A stretch of DNA of 49,820 nt, taken from the NCBI GenBank assembly GCA_001642005.1, contig LWCA01000127.1, positions 1-49,820 on the forward strand, written 5' to 3'. Positions 1 to 12,400 of this stretch are shown here, one piece after another; the stretch's first letter is position 1; the number at the start of each line of letters is the position of its first letter. The position numbers and the translations under genes were made by a program. The notes beneath the pieces are model-generated. The model was not told where the DNA came from, searched no databases, and saw nothing but the letters and a program-made list of their open reading frames with translations. This DNA comes from Intoshia linei. Taxonomy: Eukaryota; Animalia; Orthonectida.

Positions 1-703
1 GTAATTAATTGTGTTCGTAACTCAACATACGTTTTTCCAGTACCTGTTAAATCAAGCATCTGTTTAATCATATTATAAGCTGAAAGTAATCCATTCTTCA
101 AAAATACCCACTTTATAATGTCACTAATTTCACTTTTCGTTCCACTCAGGCAATTAAAAACATCTTCCAGCGTGACATATAAGAAAGTAATGATTCAGTA
201 GTTTTCATTCTTGAATTAGACAGTTTTTGTAGAATTTCCCTTTCAGAAAATTCAGAGGTGGATGGTCTTAAAGACAGCAAGGCTTTCAGCATATTTTCTA
301 CGTTTCCGTCATTCATCAGTCGAAAGGCTTCTAAAACTTCATTACTAAGACATTTTGTCAAAAAAGCATGTGCTCTTAGTTTTGAAACTTCTTGTTCAGA
401 TTTTAGATCACATTTATCATCCTTTGACGCAGAATTTAGTTTGGTAATTAAAGATTTTGATTTAGCATCGTATAGTTTTTTAGTCATCTCATTGTAGGGA
501 AAAAACCAGTAAACGTTTTTCTCCATCCTTTCACTAAAAAATTGCTCAATCCACATTTCAAAGTTACATTTACAAGTATACTTTCCAAGCCCTCTAAATG
601 ATGTTTGGTTGAGAAATTTTGAGTCTATTACGGCTATTAACCAGTTGAATTTGCGTAAAATGGAATGAGAAATAAAAAAACACGTTAATATAGTATCAAT
701 CAA
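1..703 (-). mobile_element. Degenerate LTR retrotransposon gag-like ORF (Copia-type, tentative)
   Basis: ORF 146..703 reads ...NFEMWIEQF...RAHAFLTKCLSNEVLEAF...EILQKLSNSRMKTTESLLSYMSRW. This resembles retrotransposon Gag (F..W, A...L...L, L...L...KM...ESL..Y..R). In-frame stops follow and there are no introns. Confidence 0.5.
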
Positions 704-1024
704 TTTAAAACTATTTAATATGAATTATTAACATAGTAACTATTATTTCAACTGTTAGGATTATTTTTTATATTAACAAAAATATTACAAAAAGTGTAAA
801 AATAATCGAAACATTATTTATAGTCGAGACAAGTTGGTCTTAGAAACAAAACAATGAATATATTTAATATATGTATAAAAAATATTGATTTATTATGTTA
901 AATATTTATTATTTTTTCGTTAATTGTCTATTAATAATATTTTGTTTTATTTTTCTTAATTCATAAATATTTGAATAATCAAAGTTTTCTTGGTTAAGGT
1001 ATGATATAGTTTTGTTTAAACATT

Positions 1025-1530
1025 CTAAAATTTCCGTAAAATTTTTTTATATGAAGAAATCAATAACTCAGTAGAAATTTTGCACCATGCTTCATGTGTT
1101 AAACATATGGCATTCTTCAAATTTGTATATTTATTTGTGGATAATTCATAGATATATTTTTTTTTATATTTTTGTAATATATTACATATTACGTTCTGAT
1201 CCATTGGTTGAATAATACTTGTAGTATTAGGAGCTAAGAACATAGTTTTAATTTCGTTATCTTTTAATTGAGGATGACATTGAGGTAGATCAATTTGAAC
1301 GATAATAAACAGGTATATTTGTTCCTTTAAAGCATCTTGGTTTTTTAGAAAGGCCAATTACACATAGTTTCATTTTACAATTATCACTGGCATTTGCGCA
1401 TGGCATAAATGTAAAACGCTCTTTAGACTTTTTATACCTAGGTGCTATTTTTTCATTTGCCGATATTATTGTTCGATTTGGTAATGTCTTCCAACAGTTT
1501 CCGCTTTCATCAGCATTTTTGCTCTATTAA
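1025..1530 (-). mobile_element. Tigger/pogo DDE transposase remnant
   Basis: ORF 1025..1357 contains FLAPNTTSIIQPMDQNVI...YKK. Frameshifted upstream pieces read NADESG, WKTLPNRT and KSKERFTFMPCANA, all pogo/Tigger DDE_1 motifs. Confidence 0.85.
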
Positions 1531-2111
1531 ATGGTGTTTTCCATTTTTTAGTGATTTTCTTTTTTTAATATAGATGTCAATTAATTTCGTATTTCAATAA
1601 AACATGTATTGCTGACGTTCCTTCATTAATCTCTTTGATAATCTTTAATTAAAAGTACATTATGTGGCATGATATTTTACAATAAAATAAATTTATTTAT
1701 AATAAAAATATTTATTTTTTTTACATAATCAAAATTATCCATTATTAAATTAGTTATGATCAAGTTTATTTGTAATCAAAATTATTTATAATTGATACAT
1801 TACTGTATTAAAATTGAAACAAAATAAACTTGTTACTCGTGGACCCGTCATATCACATTACCTTTTTAATTTAAGCGAATTATGCCACGTTAAATTTATT
1901 TGTGTAAAGAATCAAAAATAAATGGTCCTCCCATTTTTTTAATTTATTAGACACAATGTGTGTAATACACACATTATACACATGTACACACCGTGTATAA
2001 TGTTAAAAATAAAGTAAAAACAATCTAATCCTAAAAATTGTCATAAATAGCATAAATTACAAAAAACATAAAAATATATAAACTTATTCGGTCATTTTCA
2101 ATGTAATAATA

Positions 2112-3608
2112 TCCTAACTTATATAATATGCTACGCGATTTTTGTTTGTGTGTTACGCTTTATTTAAATAACTACCAGTCTTAGAATTTTTGAAAGACCA
2201 CATTTCAATTACAGTTTTTTCCGGGAGTGTTAGTAAGATAAATTTAAACCTCCCAATTTCATATCTTACGGGTCAAAACCCCAGTTGTCCTCTTTTTAAA
2301 AATCAAACCAGTTAAAGAATTTAAAAAAATATATACGCTGATGCGGATTTTTAATCATAAACATTACTATAAATTTAAATTTAAAAAAATCATATCTTCA
2401 GGGCCAAAACCACAAATTCCCCTTCCTTTTTTTTTTTTTAAAACAGCCCTAGAATTTCAACCAATTTACAGGTTGTACAGTTGTATCCTGTTAACACATA
2501 TAAAAAATTTCAATCCGAATAAGTGACGACTTCACGGTCAAAAAAGCATTTTAGTATTCATATATTTTTTTCCCGAAATATTTTATTAAAACAAAAAATA
2601 TGAAATAATTAACGGTCCGAAAATTTAAAAAAGAATTATTTTGATAGAGCTTATTCTAGTTGATATAAATAAAATTAAAATTTCGATTAAAATCAAAAAT
2701 TGAAAATGTTAAATATTGATTTTACAATTTCAAAAATAAATTTATATTGTACGTCTACACATTTCCAATGAAAACATATGGGTGAAAATATATATAATTC
2801 ATTCCTTTGGAATTTTTTTCATTGCTACGCAATTTTTAAATTTCAAATTTTTATTTTCTAACATTTTTTATAATCTTCAAATTTTAACACTACCACAACG
2901 AATTTATAAAATTAAATTTATATTAACTGAAACATTTTTTTATTGATAATTGTTACAAATTTAACATAAAATGGTAAAAAGAAATTAACATTCACAAGAA
3001 AAAAGGCGAAAAGTAGGGACAAATTTTTAATATCAATTATTTATTATATTACAACCCTTTGCAATAATAGTAAAATTCGACTGAAGATTCAATTAATTAT
3101 TTATACACAATTGTTATTTTTAAGTATTTATTAAATTGATAATAAATATATGTCATCACATTGAAAATGACAAAACATTGCTTCACTCGAAAAATATTTT
3201 TATTTGCCTGAGTGCGTTAATTATAATTACAATAATTATTGATTGTATATAATATTTTTTACTTATCGAAAGCGGATACTGAATACATTATATAGCATTA
3301 TGAAGTGAAAAAAGTACTATCGGTATTTAGAATTTTATTTTTTTTGGAATTTATGCTATTTATGACAATTTTTAGGATTAAACTGTTTTTACTATATTTT
3401 TAATATTTTACACACATACTGTCTAATAAATTCAAAAAATAAGATAATAATTGTTTTTAAATTCTTTACGCAAATGTTAACTTAACAAAACAAAAGATTG
3501 ATAATAGTTGATAGTAGAATTTTTAAGTTAGATTTTCAACGTGAATTTATTTTTTTGGTATAATAAAAAAGTGCCCTCGGCAAAGCTAGGTGCTAGCATA
3601 TGCTAGCA
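2112..3608 (+). mobile_element. Non-autonomous Helitron, family A
   Basis: 5' end A|TCCTAACTTATATAATATGCTACGCG. The body is colinear with 47595..48846. The 3' end is GCCCTCGGCAAAGCTAGGTGCTAGCATATGCTAGCA, a variant terminus. Confidence 0.75.
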
Positions 3609-4656
3609 TTATATATTATGGATGTAAGTTTTTGCAATTTTTTTCGAAAATGCAAAAGTACATCCACACACGTTAAGGAGCCGGTTGAGTAGTACATAAT
3701 TAAAAAAAAGAATTAAAAAAAACGTTTAAAAAAAATTTTTATAAAGTCCACATTTCAATTACAGTTTTTTCCGGAGTAATAATAAAATATATTTCTACTC
3801 TCCAAATTCACATTTTACGGGTCAAAAATCCCAATTGTCTTTTTTTTGAAATGCAAACGAGTTCTTAACACTTAATTGCTCACGCAGAAATAATTAAAAC
3901 GTAACTACCTGCGCGGGGTATCTAGATACCCTACAGTATAAAATTTATACATTAACATTTTATTGTATATTTAATATTAGTATTTGCATAACTGATTGCA
4001 TGACAATACAATATAATAATTAGTGTCAAAATTTATTGGTGACTATAAAATTATCATCACAAAGTAATTTGAATGAATCCAAAATATTAAGATAACTATT
4101 ACCAATGTTTATCAAACAAGACTCTTTATACGTACATTCGGGGATACTTTCCTGTAGTGAGTCAATTTTCCAAATAGTAGTATCGTCTTTTTCAACACTA
4201 GATAAATTAGTTGCTTTCTCGTCAGTAGCATATTATATAAATTAGGATATTTAAAAATTTATAATTTTACAAGATAATACATTGTATTCATGAATGTTAA
4301 CTTGATTTAATAACAATAATTTATAAAATATTTATAATGTGTACAAATAACTATTAATTATATTATATTAAAAACATTTAGGTAAAAATAATCCACATGC
4401 TATGAAAATTATGCTTCAGAGAAGACTAATACATGCAATAAATTAAAGAAAAATTTTGAATATAAATCATTACAAAGTAAATTGAAATAAATAATAAATT
4501 ATATTCTTCCTAAATATATCCATTTATTAAGTTTGATTGCACTTTGCAATACTACTGTTTCAATTTTACCGAATTTTTCATTATTGGTAATTTACCCAAT
4601 AAAATTTTCACTACCTGTAAATTAACTAAAACTATATTTTTAAGTATAGCTTAAAT

Positions 4657-4963
4657 AAGTGGTGGCCAGCTTAATGAACTCGCGGCCCATATTCCACAAA
4701 ATTTTGAATCACGCAGGCCACAATCTTTATAAAATTCAATTATATTGACATTTTTTATAGCTCAACAAAATTTCCGGTGTCGTGAAATCAAATGAGTTTT
4801 AAAATAGAATCATTTTTTTATGATATGATTGGATGAAAGATATCAGGCAAATTTTAATACTAATCTACCGTAAATTATCTACGTGATGCGTCATAGTGTA
4901 TTTGGAATCTAGAATATTAAGCGAATATTAAATGACTCGCGGGCCAGAATTTGGACACCTCTG
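4657..4963. mobile_element. hAT-type MITE with 8-bp TSD
   Basis: Imperfect TIRs AAGTGGTGGCCAG...TTGGACACCTCTG, flanked by GCTTAAAT at 4649-4656 and 4964-4971. An empty-site paralog lies near 26288. Confidence 0.8.
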
Positions 4964-5360
4964 GCTTAAATCATTTTTAAATAAAATAGGTATAATGAAC
5001 AATTTAATTAATTTTACATGAAGAATTAATTAAGAATACATTCAAACAATTTCATATACAATTTTTCATCAATACAATACACTATAATCATAAATACAAA
5101 TAAATATAAATAAATCATAAATACACTATAAAAATTTTCACCAATGAAATGAAATCATCTCGAAAATGATAACAAATTTATATTTATTCATTGTGAAATT
5201 AAAAATCCAAAGAATTCATTTTCAGTGCAAATTAGAATATTTTCTTCCACGAAACTTGTAAATTTGTAATTTTAATTAATAATTTTTAAATTACTTATTT
5301 GAATATGTATGAAAATAAAAGAATAAAGTTTTTCAAAATTATTATGTGTATAGTATAGAA

Positions 5361-6300
5361 CAGTTGTTCCCAAATGGGGGCCTTCAGAGTCTGAGGGGAG
5401 CCGCAGATTTAAGATTAGATTTAAAATTAAATTATAATTTTTAGCATTAATTGGATGTAGTATTTGATATTTAATTAATATATTCTTGAAATTCGGATTA
5501 ATTTTTGATTCTAATAAATTTAAATGTTATTAACCCTTAAGAGACACTAACACTTATATATACAAAAAAGAACAATCATAAATTTACAATTGTTTGTATA
5601 CAAGGGTTTCATTACTAGATCTTTTCTAAAAATATTTGTATTCTGTATTTTGGGGGGTCGACAATATATTTTTATTAAACCACTGGTATAAAATACACAC
5701 ACAGTGAAATGGTTAATAAATAAAAGGAGTGACAATAGATGATATATTACTCGGTTAGTGATTTATTTAATGCTCTTCTCAAAAAACGTCAAAAAATTTT
5801 TATGGAAACTCCATTGGCAAGAGTGTATACGTTTTGTAATTGTATTCGAAATAATAAATTTCATGAATTAATTAATGATAAAATTCAATGAGTGGGTTTA
5901 ACAGTTCTGACAGAAAGTCTCAAGAAGAAACGTTCTTTAACAGAGAATTAGATCATTTACGAAAATCTCAAATTTTTGACAATAACATCAAACTAAAACA
6001 CATTTCAGTCGTATCTGCTTTAATTGATGTTATCTTTGAAATACCGGTTAGTGAAGCTAAAATTGAGCGTTCATCCAATAAGCATAGATTAATACACAGT
6101 CGATTTAAAGCTAGTTTAAATGACAATACCGTTGATGTACAACTCAACATAAGATATAACTGACATGCAATGAGGGTGAAACAATTAGAAATTTATTCAG
6201 CATTTGAAAGTGCACAAGATATGAAGCATGCCTCTTCCCAGAAACTAAGCCGTTTGAATGCGACGAATTTGAAATTATTAAATTAATGGATACTTTTATA
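5361..6300 (+). mobile_element. hAT transposon remnant (C-terminal dimerisation domain)
   Basis: Starts with the TIR-like CAGTTGTTCCCAAA. ORF 5888..6163 has FEIPVSEAKIERSSNKHRLIHSRFKASL...IRYN, matching the hAT P.S.A..ER.FS...R..L pattern. Confidence 0.7.
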
Positions 6301-6338
6301 GAGGAACCTAAAGTGGTGATTTATTGTGTTAATAATAA

Positions 6339-6900
6339 TCCTTACATATATAATATTATATATTATACTATGCTATTCAATATTTGTTTGTATGTGTGTT
6401 ACCGTTTATTTTAATAACTATTAGTCTTCGAATTTGTTAAAGACATCATTTCAATTACAGTTTTTTCCGGGCGTATAATAAGATAAATTTGAACCTCCCA
6501 ATTTCACATCTTACGGGTCAAAAACCTCAGTTGTCTTTCTTTTTGAAAATCAAACGAGTTAGAGAATTTAAAAAAAATATGTAAACTGATACGGTTTTTA
6601 AAATCATAAACATTACCATAAATTTAAATTTAAAAAAATTATATCTTCAAAGCTTAAACCCCAATTACCCTTTTTTTTTTAATAAAAACGGCCCTAAAAT
6701 TTAAAAATTTTTACAGATGGTACCGTTCTATCCCGTTAACACACACCATAAATTTTAATCAGAATAAGTGACAACTTCACGGTTAAAAAAGCAGATTAGT
6801 TAGATTTTCAATGTGAAAAATTTATTTTTGTGGTATAATAAAAATATGCCTTCGGCAAAGCTAAGTGCTGTTTGTACGTAGTACATAACAGTCAACCAAG
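6339..6900 (+). mobile_element. Non-autonomous Helitron family A, internally deleted copy
   Basis: 5' end A|TCCTTACATATATAAT. 3' end GCCTTCGGCAAAGCTAAGTGCTGTTTGTACGTAGTACATAACAGTCAACCAAG|T. Confidence 0.75.
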
Positions 6901-7249
6901 TTATTATAGATTTAGGGTACTTTCGACACACAGAATGATATTCAAATATTTGATAAGCATAAGAATAATCATTTAGCATTGAACTGTTTTACTATTTTGT
7001 ATCACATCACAGCTCGCTGTATCTAATCGCAATCTTATGTTTAAGTTGTAGATAGAGTTTATCTTTTCTCGAATAAATTATCAAATAATTACAAGTTGTA
7101 ATGTTTTGTTGTAATTTACAACACACGATCAAATTGACCGGATCAACTATGAATTTTTAAAATTACATTAGGCTAATCTTTAATTTACAACATTTAACTC
7201 ACTACGGTCAAACTTGCAATTTAAAAAACCTTAACGTTTCCATGTCATA

Positions 7250-7660
7250 TACAGTCCCACATCTATTATTTGCTTGTCTATAAATGTTAATAAAATTTCT
7301 AATTTTTAAATTTATCATGGTAACAACTTTGGATCTCTAAACATGAATAATAGCCATAATTTTGAAAATTATGATTTTGATAAACTCAATTAAAAGATTA
7401 ATTTCAATTAGTTTTGCGACAAAAATTTTTGAAAGGAGAAAATAACAGTTTTATTTTGTGTGTCTATGACCGGAGAAAAGGCTGATTCACTGATTATTGA
7501 ATTATCGAAAAAATTTAATTAATTGATGGAATATTAAGGATAGAATTATGTTAAGGGTGATATTATTATAAATTGTTATAGAAAATCAATTCAATTATAA
7601 CTTTTGATAATTATCAAAATTTGATATAAATTTGTCCAGCTATGTTAATATCGAACAATA
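7250..7660 (+). mobile_element. Highly decayed pogo/Tigger fragment
   Basis: About 7433-7510 translates KEKITVLFCVSMTGEK..LII, matching pogo KERITVL.C.N.TGEK. A TA|CAG TIR-like start lies at about 7250. Confidence 0.55.
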
Positions 7661-8703
7661 ATGAAATTAAAATATTAATGATATTCAATATGTTCTATAA
7701 TATTTTAATAATAATCAGTGGTTTCAAAAGTGGTCCATAGGAAATTCTAGGTAGTCTACAAAAAAAATTTTAAATAAAATGAATATAATCTTTTTTTAAC
7801 AATAAAATTAAATTAGAATATTATTTATTATTGATCATTTATTATTATTATTAGTGAACGTAAACATTTTATCAAACTGAAGGGAAGTTTAACTGAATAA
7901 CGTTAATAAATTTTACGTGCTTTAAATTTAATCTAATTAACGATTTAAATTAGATAATTAATTAACTTAATTAATAAATTAGATAGTAGATCTCAGAGCC
8001 GAACTTTAAAAAATTTCGCAAACGAATTGTAGTGTTATATAACCCTATCCACATCTCTAAGACTCTTGAGTTGGCATTTTAAATTTAAAATACAAATTAT
8101 TTATGATATTCAAGAATTTTTTAATGTCCAATTTAGCAAATTAATGCCTCCATTTTAAAAAATTTTTTTCGAGATTCCTCTGACATCGAATCTCGGATAC
8201 GTTAGGTCTGGCATTGGTAGTTTTTTTATCATATATGTATATCTATGTTAAGGTTTAACGTCATATTGACATGTCATTCGATTAGTTAATTTAGAATAAT
8301 ATAAATATATTTACAATTTAAATTACAATTACAATTTAATGACAAAATTATGAGTTTGTAGTGCAGTTTACAAACCAGTTGAAAAATTTCGTTTTAAATC
8401 TTGGCATGTATGTCATGTAAGTAATATATGGCAGTATCATAAGAGTTAAATATTATACGAAACAAACTAAAACCGACAGGCTCTAATTAATATTAAATTA
8501 AAAACTTTAAACGTCGTGAACATCTCAACCTTAGTATTAGACTAATTTTTAAAATGCTAAGACAGATTCCGTTGTGTGAAAACCCTAATAAATATATTCA
8601 ATGGCAAAATTTAACTTTTGCACATAGTTTTGTGGTGCAGTTTATTTGATCGATATTATAATAGTAATAAATATATATTTAAACTAACAAAATAAAGTTG
8701 ATT

Positions 8704-9378
8704 ATGAAGAAACACAAGGAAAATGCGAAAATGGAAAATATTCCACTAACAACAAATGATGGATTAATAATAGAAAAAATAACAAATGTATCATTATCAC
8801 CTAAGAAAAAGAAAACAAAAAAAAACGAACAAAGAGAATACCGTAAAATTCGTAATTGGAAGACAATTTCCACAGAAAGGTAAATTGATTTTTATATTTG
8901 ATGTATACATTTAACATGTTTGTACATGTATTATAAATTATATTTTTCATTAAATTTATTGTAACATATTAGCCTGCAATTATTTACAATATTTAGTCTG
9001 ATGAAATAATGTTTAATATTTTCTAATCTAATTTAGCTTTTTTTACAATTTCAACATTTAAATTAGATTTTCTTCCATAAAAAAAGGTCCACAGATGAAT
9101 TCTTCATGGAAATATAAAATGAAACAAAAAGAACAACGAATAAATATGAAAACAATGTCAGATCAAATCAAAGAAAATAAAAAAATTGAAATGGAAGTAA
9201 TATTTATTTGTTTTTATGAAATTAATCTTTCAATTAATTTTTTAAGTTTAAAAGAAAGAAAATTTTGCTGAAAAAAAAATTGAAATTGGAAAAAGAACGA
9301 AATGCAGAAATTACTGTCAATGTATCAAATCCCAAGAAATTGAAAAAATTGCGAAAAAAAATGTTGAGAATAAAATAA
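8704..9378 (+). CDS. CCDC86: Coiled-coil domain-containing protein 86 / Cgr1-family nucleolar protein, 3 exons
   Basis: Exons 8704-8879, 9067-9196 and 9247-9378 (GT-AG, phases consistent). They give ...RNWKTISTERFSSIKKGPQMNSSWKYKMKQKEQR...LEKERNAEITVNVSNPKKLKKLRKKMLRIK*, matching the Cgr1/CCDC86 motifs WK...RFS...SW..KM...ENER.AE....NP.KLK. Confidence 0.8.
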
Positions 9379-9411
9379 ATTTAATTAATTATTAATTATC
9401 ACTTGAATTAT

Positions 9412-12400
9412 TTAATAAACATGTTTTGCAACATATAGTGATTCATTATCTGCTAGAGATTCTTTGTCTTCTCCTTTGTATTGTCCTGTAGCGGCAGCTC
9501 CATTTGCTGCTGCTCTGAGAAGCAATTGTTTCTGTGCCTTTGCTACATTTTCTGTCTTTCCTTGCCATGTCTTAATGGTTGTTCCTTGTAAGGCTCTTCC
9601 ATATGAAAAGGTTAGGCTCCATGGCTTTTTACCATCAAATTTATTTATTGCGTCCAAATTTACAGTGGCAACAACCTATTCTTAATATAATTATTTATTT
9701 TAAATTGTTACTTCTGATTGACCGCCAGACAGAAAGACAATTCCTAAAATTACATTTTATTTATCAAGCCAGATCAGTGATGACATTTGTTACGATTGTA
9801 TTTTGTAAATATTACAAACAAATTTGAAAAAGTTTACATCATAATAATTTAAATAATTTTAGTTTAATTGTTAATAATAATTAGAAAAAAAATATTTTCG
9901 ACTATAAAATTTACAATACATTTAGGTTCCAATTTTGAGCATTATTCCCCAAAAATATTAGCATTTACATAGCCCCAACAAATTAGTAATGTTCGTAAAA
10001 ATTATGAAATACTATACAATTTTACGAAGATTAGAGACAATTGAGAGTCGTTCTCGTACATTATTATTTACTCTATTTTAATCAATTAAAAAAATTCATA
10101 ATTTAAAATTTGATATGCATATTTTTCTGCTGGTTCTAAAACTCAATTAATTTAATTTGTATGTTTCTTTTTAAAATTAAATTCTAGCTGATATTATTTT
10201 TGTTTTATCAAGATATATTTAAATATCCTTTACTTGAATTAAAGGTATATGTAATATTATACATTTGAGGTTGTGCAAATTAACCAATACAATGTACATT
10301 GTACATTATGCAAATTTTTGATCAATACACCAACATGCGGGTTATACAAAAATATAACTTGTGTGCCTTTAAAAAAGTGTAGTTTGCAATACACACCTAA
10401 TCTCTTTATGTATTCGAATGTGATAGTTTGAATTTAATTTTACCTGGTACCGCAGTTGGAACAGTTCTAAATTTTAATTATAATAAACTAATAATAATGT
10501 TACATTTAATTCTTTAAATTAACAATTAAATTTAAAATAATACTAAATTTTAATCAAGGTAAATCGCGATCACAAATTACTGTTCACTTAACACTGGAAT
10601 GGGCACCACGGTATCACATATGCGTGAGAAACAAGGGTGCTTACTAAGCACTGCTTAGTACTCAATGTCTTCAATTGTACCATATAAATAGTACTATAGA
10701 ATAAAATTTCTTAAAATCTAATATTGATCATACAAAATTATTGTATAAACTATTGTGGTTTGATGTATCTATGTTTTCTTTCTTTTATATGATGATACCC
10801 ATATTTAGTTAAATATATAAATTTTTCAGTAATTCATTTCATTAGATTTGAAAAAAAATTCGACGCGCGCGTAAAAAATAGTGCCAACCAATAGCTGTCT
10901 AGATGGGTGCAGGGCGATCGCCCCCCCCCTGTCGTGACAAATGCGCCCTAAAATATTTTAATTTGTGTAAAATCCAGGCTGAAAACCCATGATCCGTCAC
11001 TGGTGCCAACCATGACTTAAAACATGATTACTCAACTGGGCGTCATCACAAGTTGAAATTAGAGTAAAGCCTCCATATTCTAATCAACAAAAATAGTGAA
11101 TTAAAAATTTCAAATAAAGAGACCACAGTGTATGGATTAGTCACTAAAATTACCTTTGTAAAGCTGTGACAGTGGCTCTAGCAATATCACCAGGAACTTT
11201 TTCTTCCTTTGAACCATGGCCGCTTGTAACCATATTTGGTTTAAGTAATGTGCCTTCTAGATAAACATGATGATCACTTAATGCCTTGTAAACATGTGCC
11301 AAAACCTAATTTACAACATATAACATGATTTTTCCATAAATAACACAAAAAATTTTGCTGCCCCTTGAAAATAATACGGACCTAGGTCCGTGGACCCATT
11401 TTAAGAAACACTGGTATATAATATTTCATATATGATAATTTTACATTTTCCGTAATTTGTTGACATGTCTCAATATCATGATCACCATCAGGTAAAATTT
11501 CTGGTTCCACAATAGGCACAAGTCGATTCTAAAAATATAAATTGTTATTTCACAATATTTATCTTTATAAGAATTTAATCATTAGGGAAAATATTAAAAA
11601 TAACGGTCGATACATCTATTGATTATGATTTGAAATTAATAAGGTGGTTCTAAACATTCATATGCTATACCCATCAAAAATAGGTTTTAGCCCCTTAGTT
11701 GCACTCTATGTAAAATGTACACTTTGTTGTAAATTATAATTTGAAATGTAGTAACATGACAGTTTCGGGTCTTGTATAATTTAATATTTATTTTCAATCT
11801 AAATATTAAAATTACCACCAAGTTTTCGTTCAAAACGAAAAAAGTGCAGATTTTACAACATACTTTAACTATATTAAAACAGGCGAACCTGAACTACGTT
11901 TAATAATTTATAATTTCTTAACAAAAATTAAAATTTATTTTAGTCACTAAATTTTAACAATTGTAAGACATTGTAACGAAAACCGAATCCAAAAATAGAA
12001 AAAAATACAAAAATATTAGTAAATGGATATAAATTAAGACATTTAACCAGACCAATCGCATTATATCCAAACTGCAATGTATTTATTTCCACATTATCCT
12101 GATACTATTTATTAATACGATTAAAAAAAATAGAAATTAGTTTACTAGTATATTTTAAAATTGTTCCTAATAGACAATTTATACGGTCAAAGTTTTGAAT
12201 TTAATTCATCAAATTATGAATTTTCATTATAATCAGTATTATACATGTTTGGTTGACTGTTATGTACTACGTACAAACAGCACCTAGCTCTGCCGAGGGC
12301 ACATTTTTATTATACCAAAAAAATAATTTCACTTTGAAAATCTAGCTTAAAAATCATACTATTCACTATTATCAATCCTTTAAATGAGTGGTTCTCAAAC

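Noticed and set aside
3864-4230. Possible piggyBac remnant (TTAA|CAC start, GGGTATCTAGATACCC palindrome)
   Set aside because: I could not establish a matching second terminus or a clear transposase motif.
10642-10660. Perfect hairpin TACTAAGCA-C-TGCTTAGTA near the aldolase microexon
   Set aside because: It lies just inside a TTAA|CAC piggyBac-like terminus (about 10587), so it is more likely a TE subterminal repeat than a splicing element.
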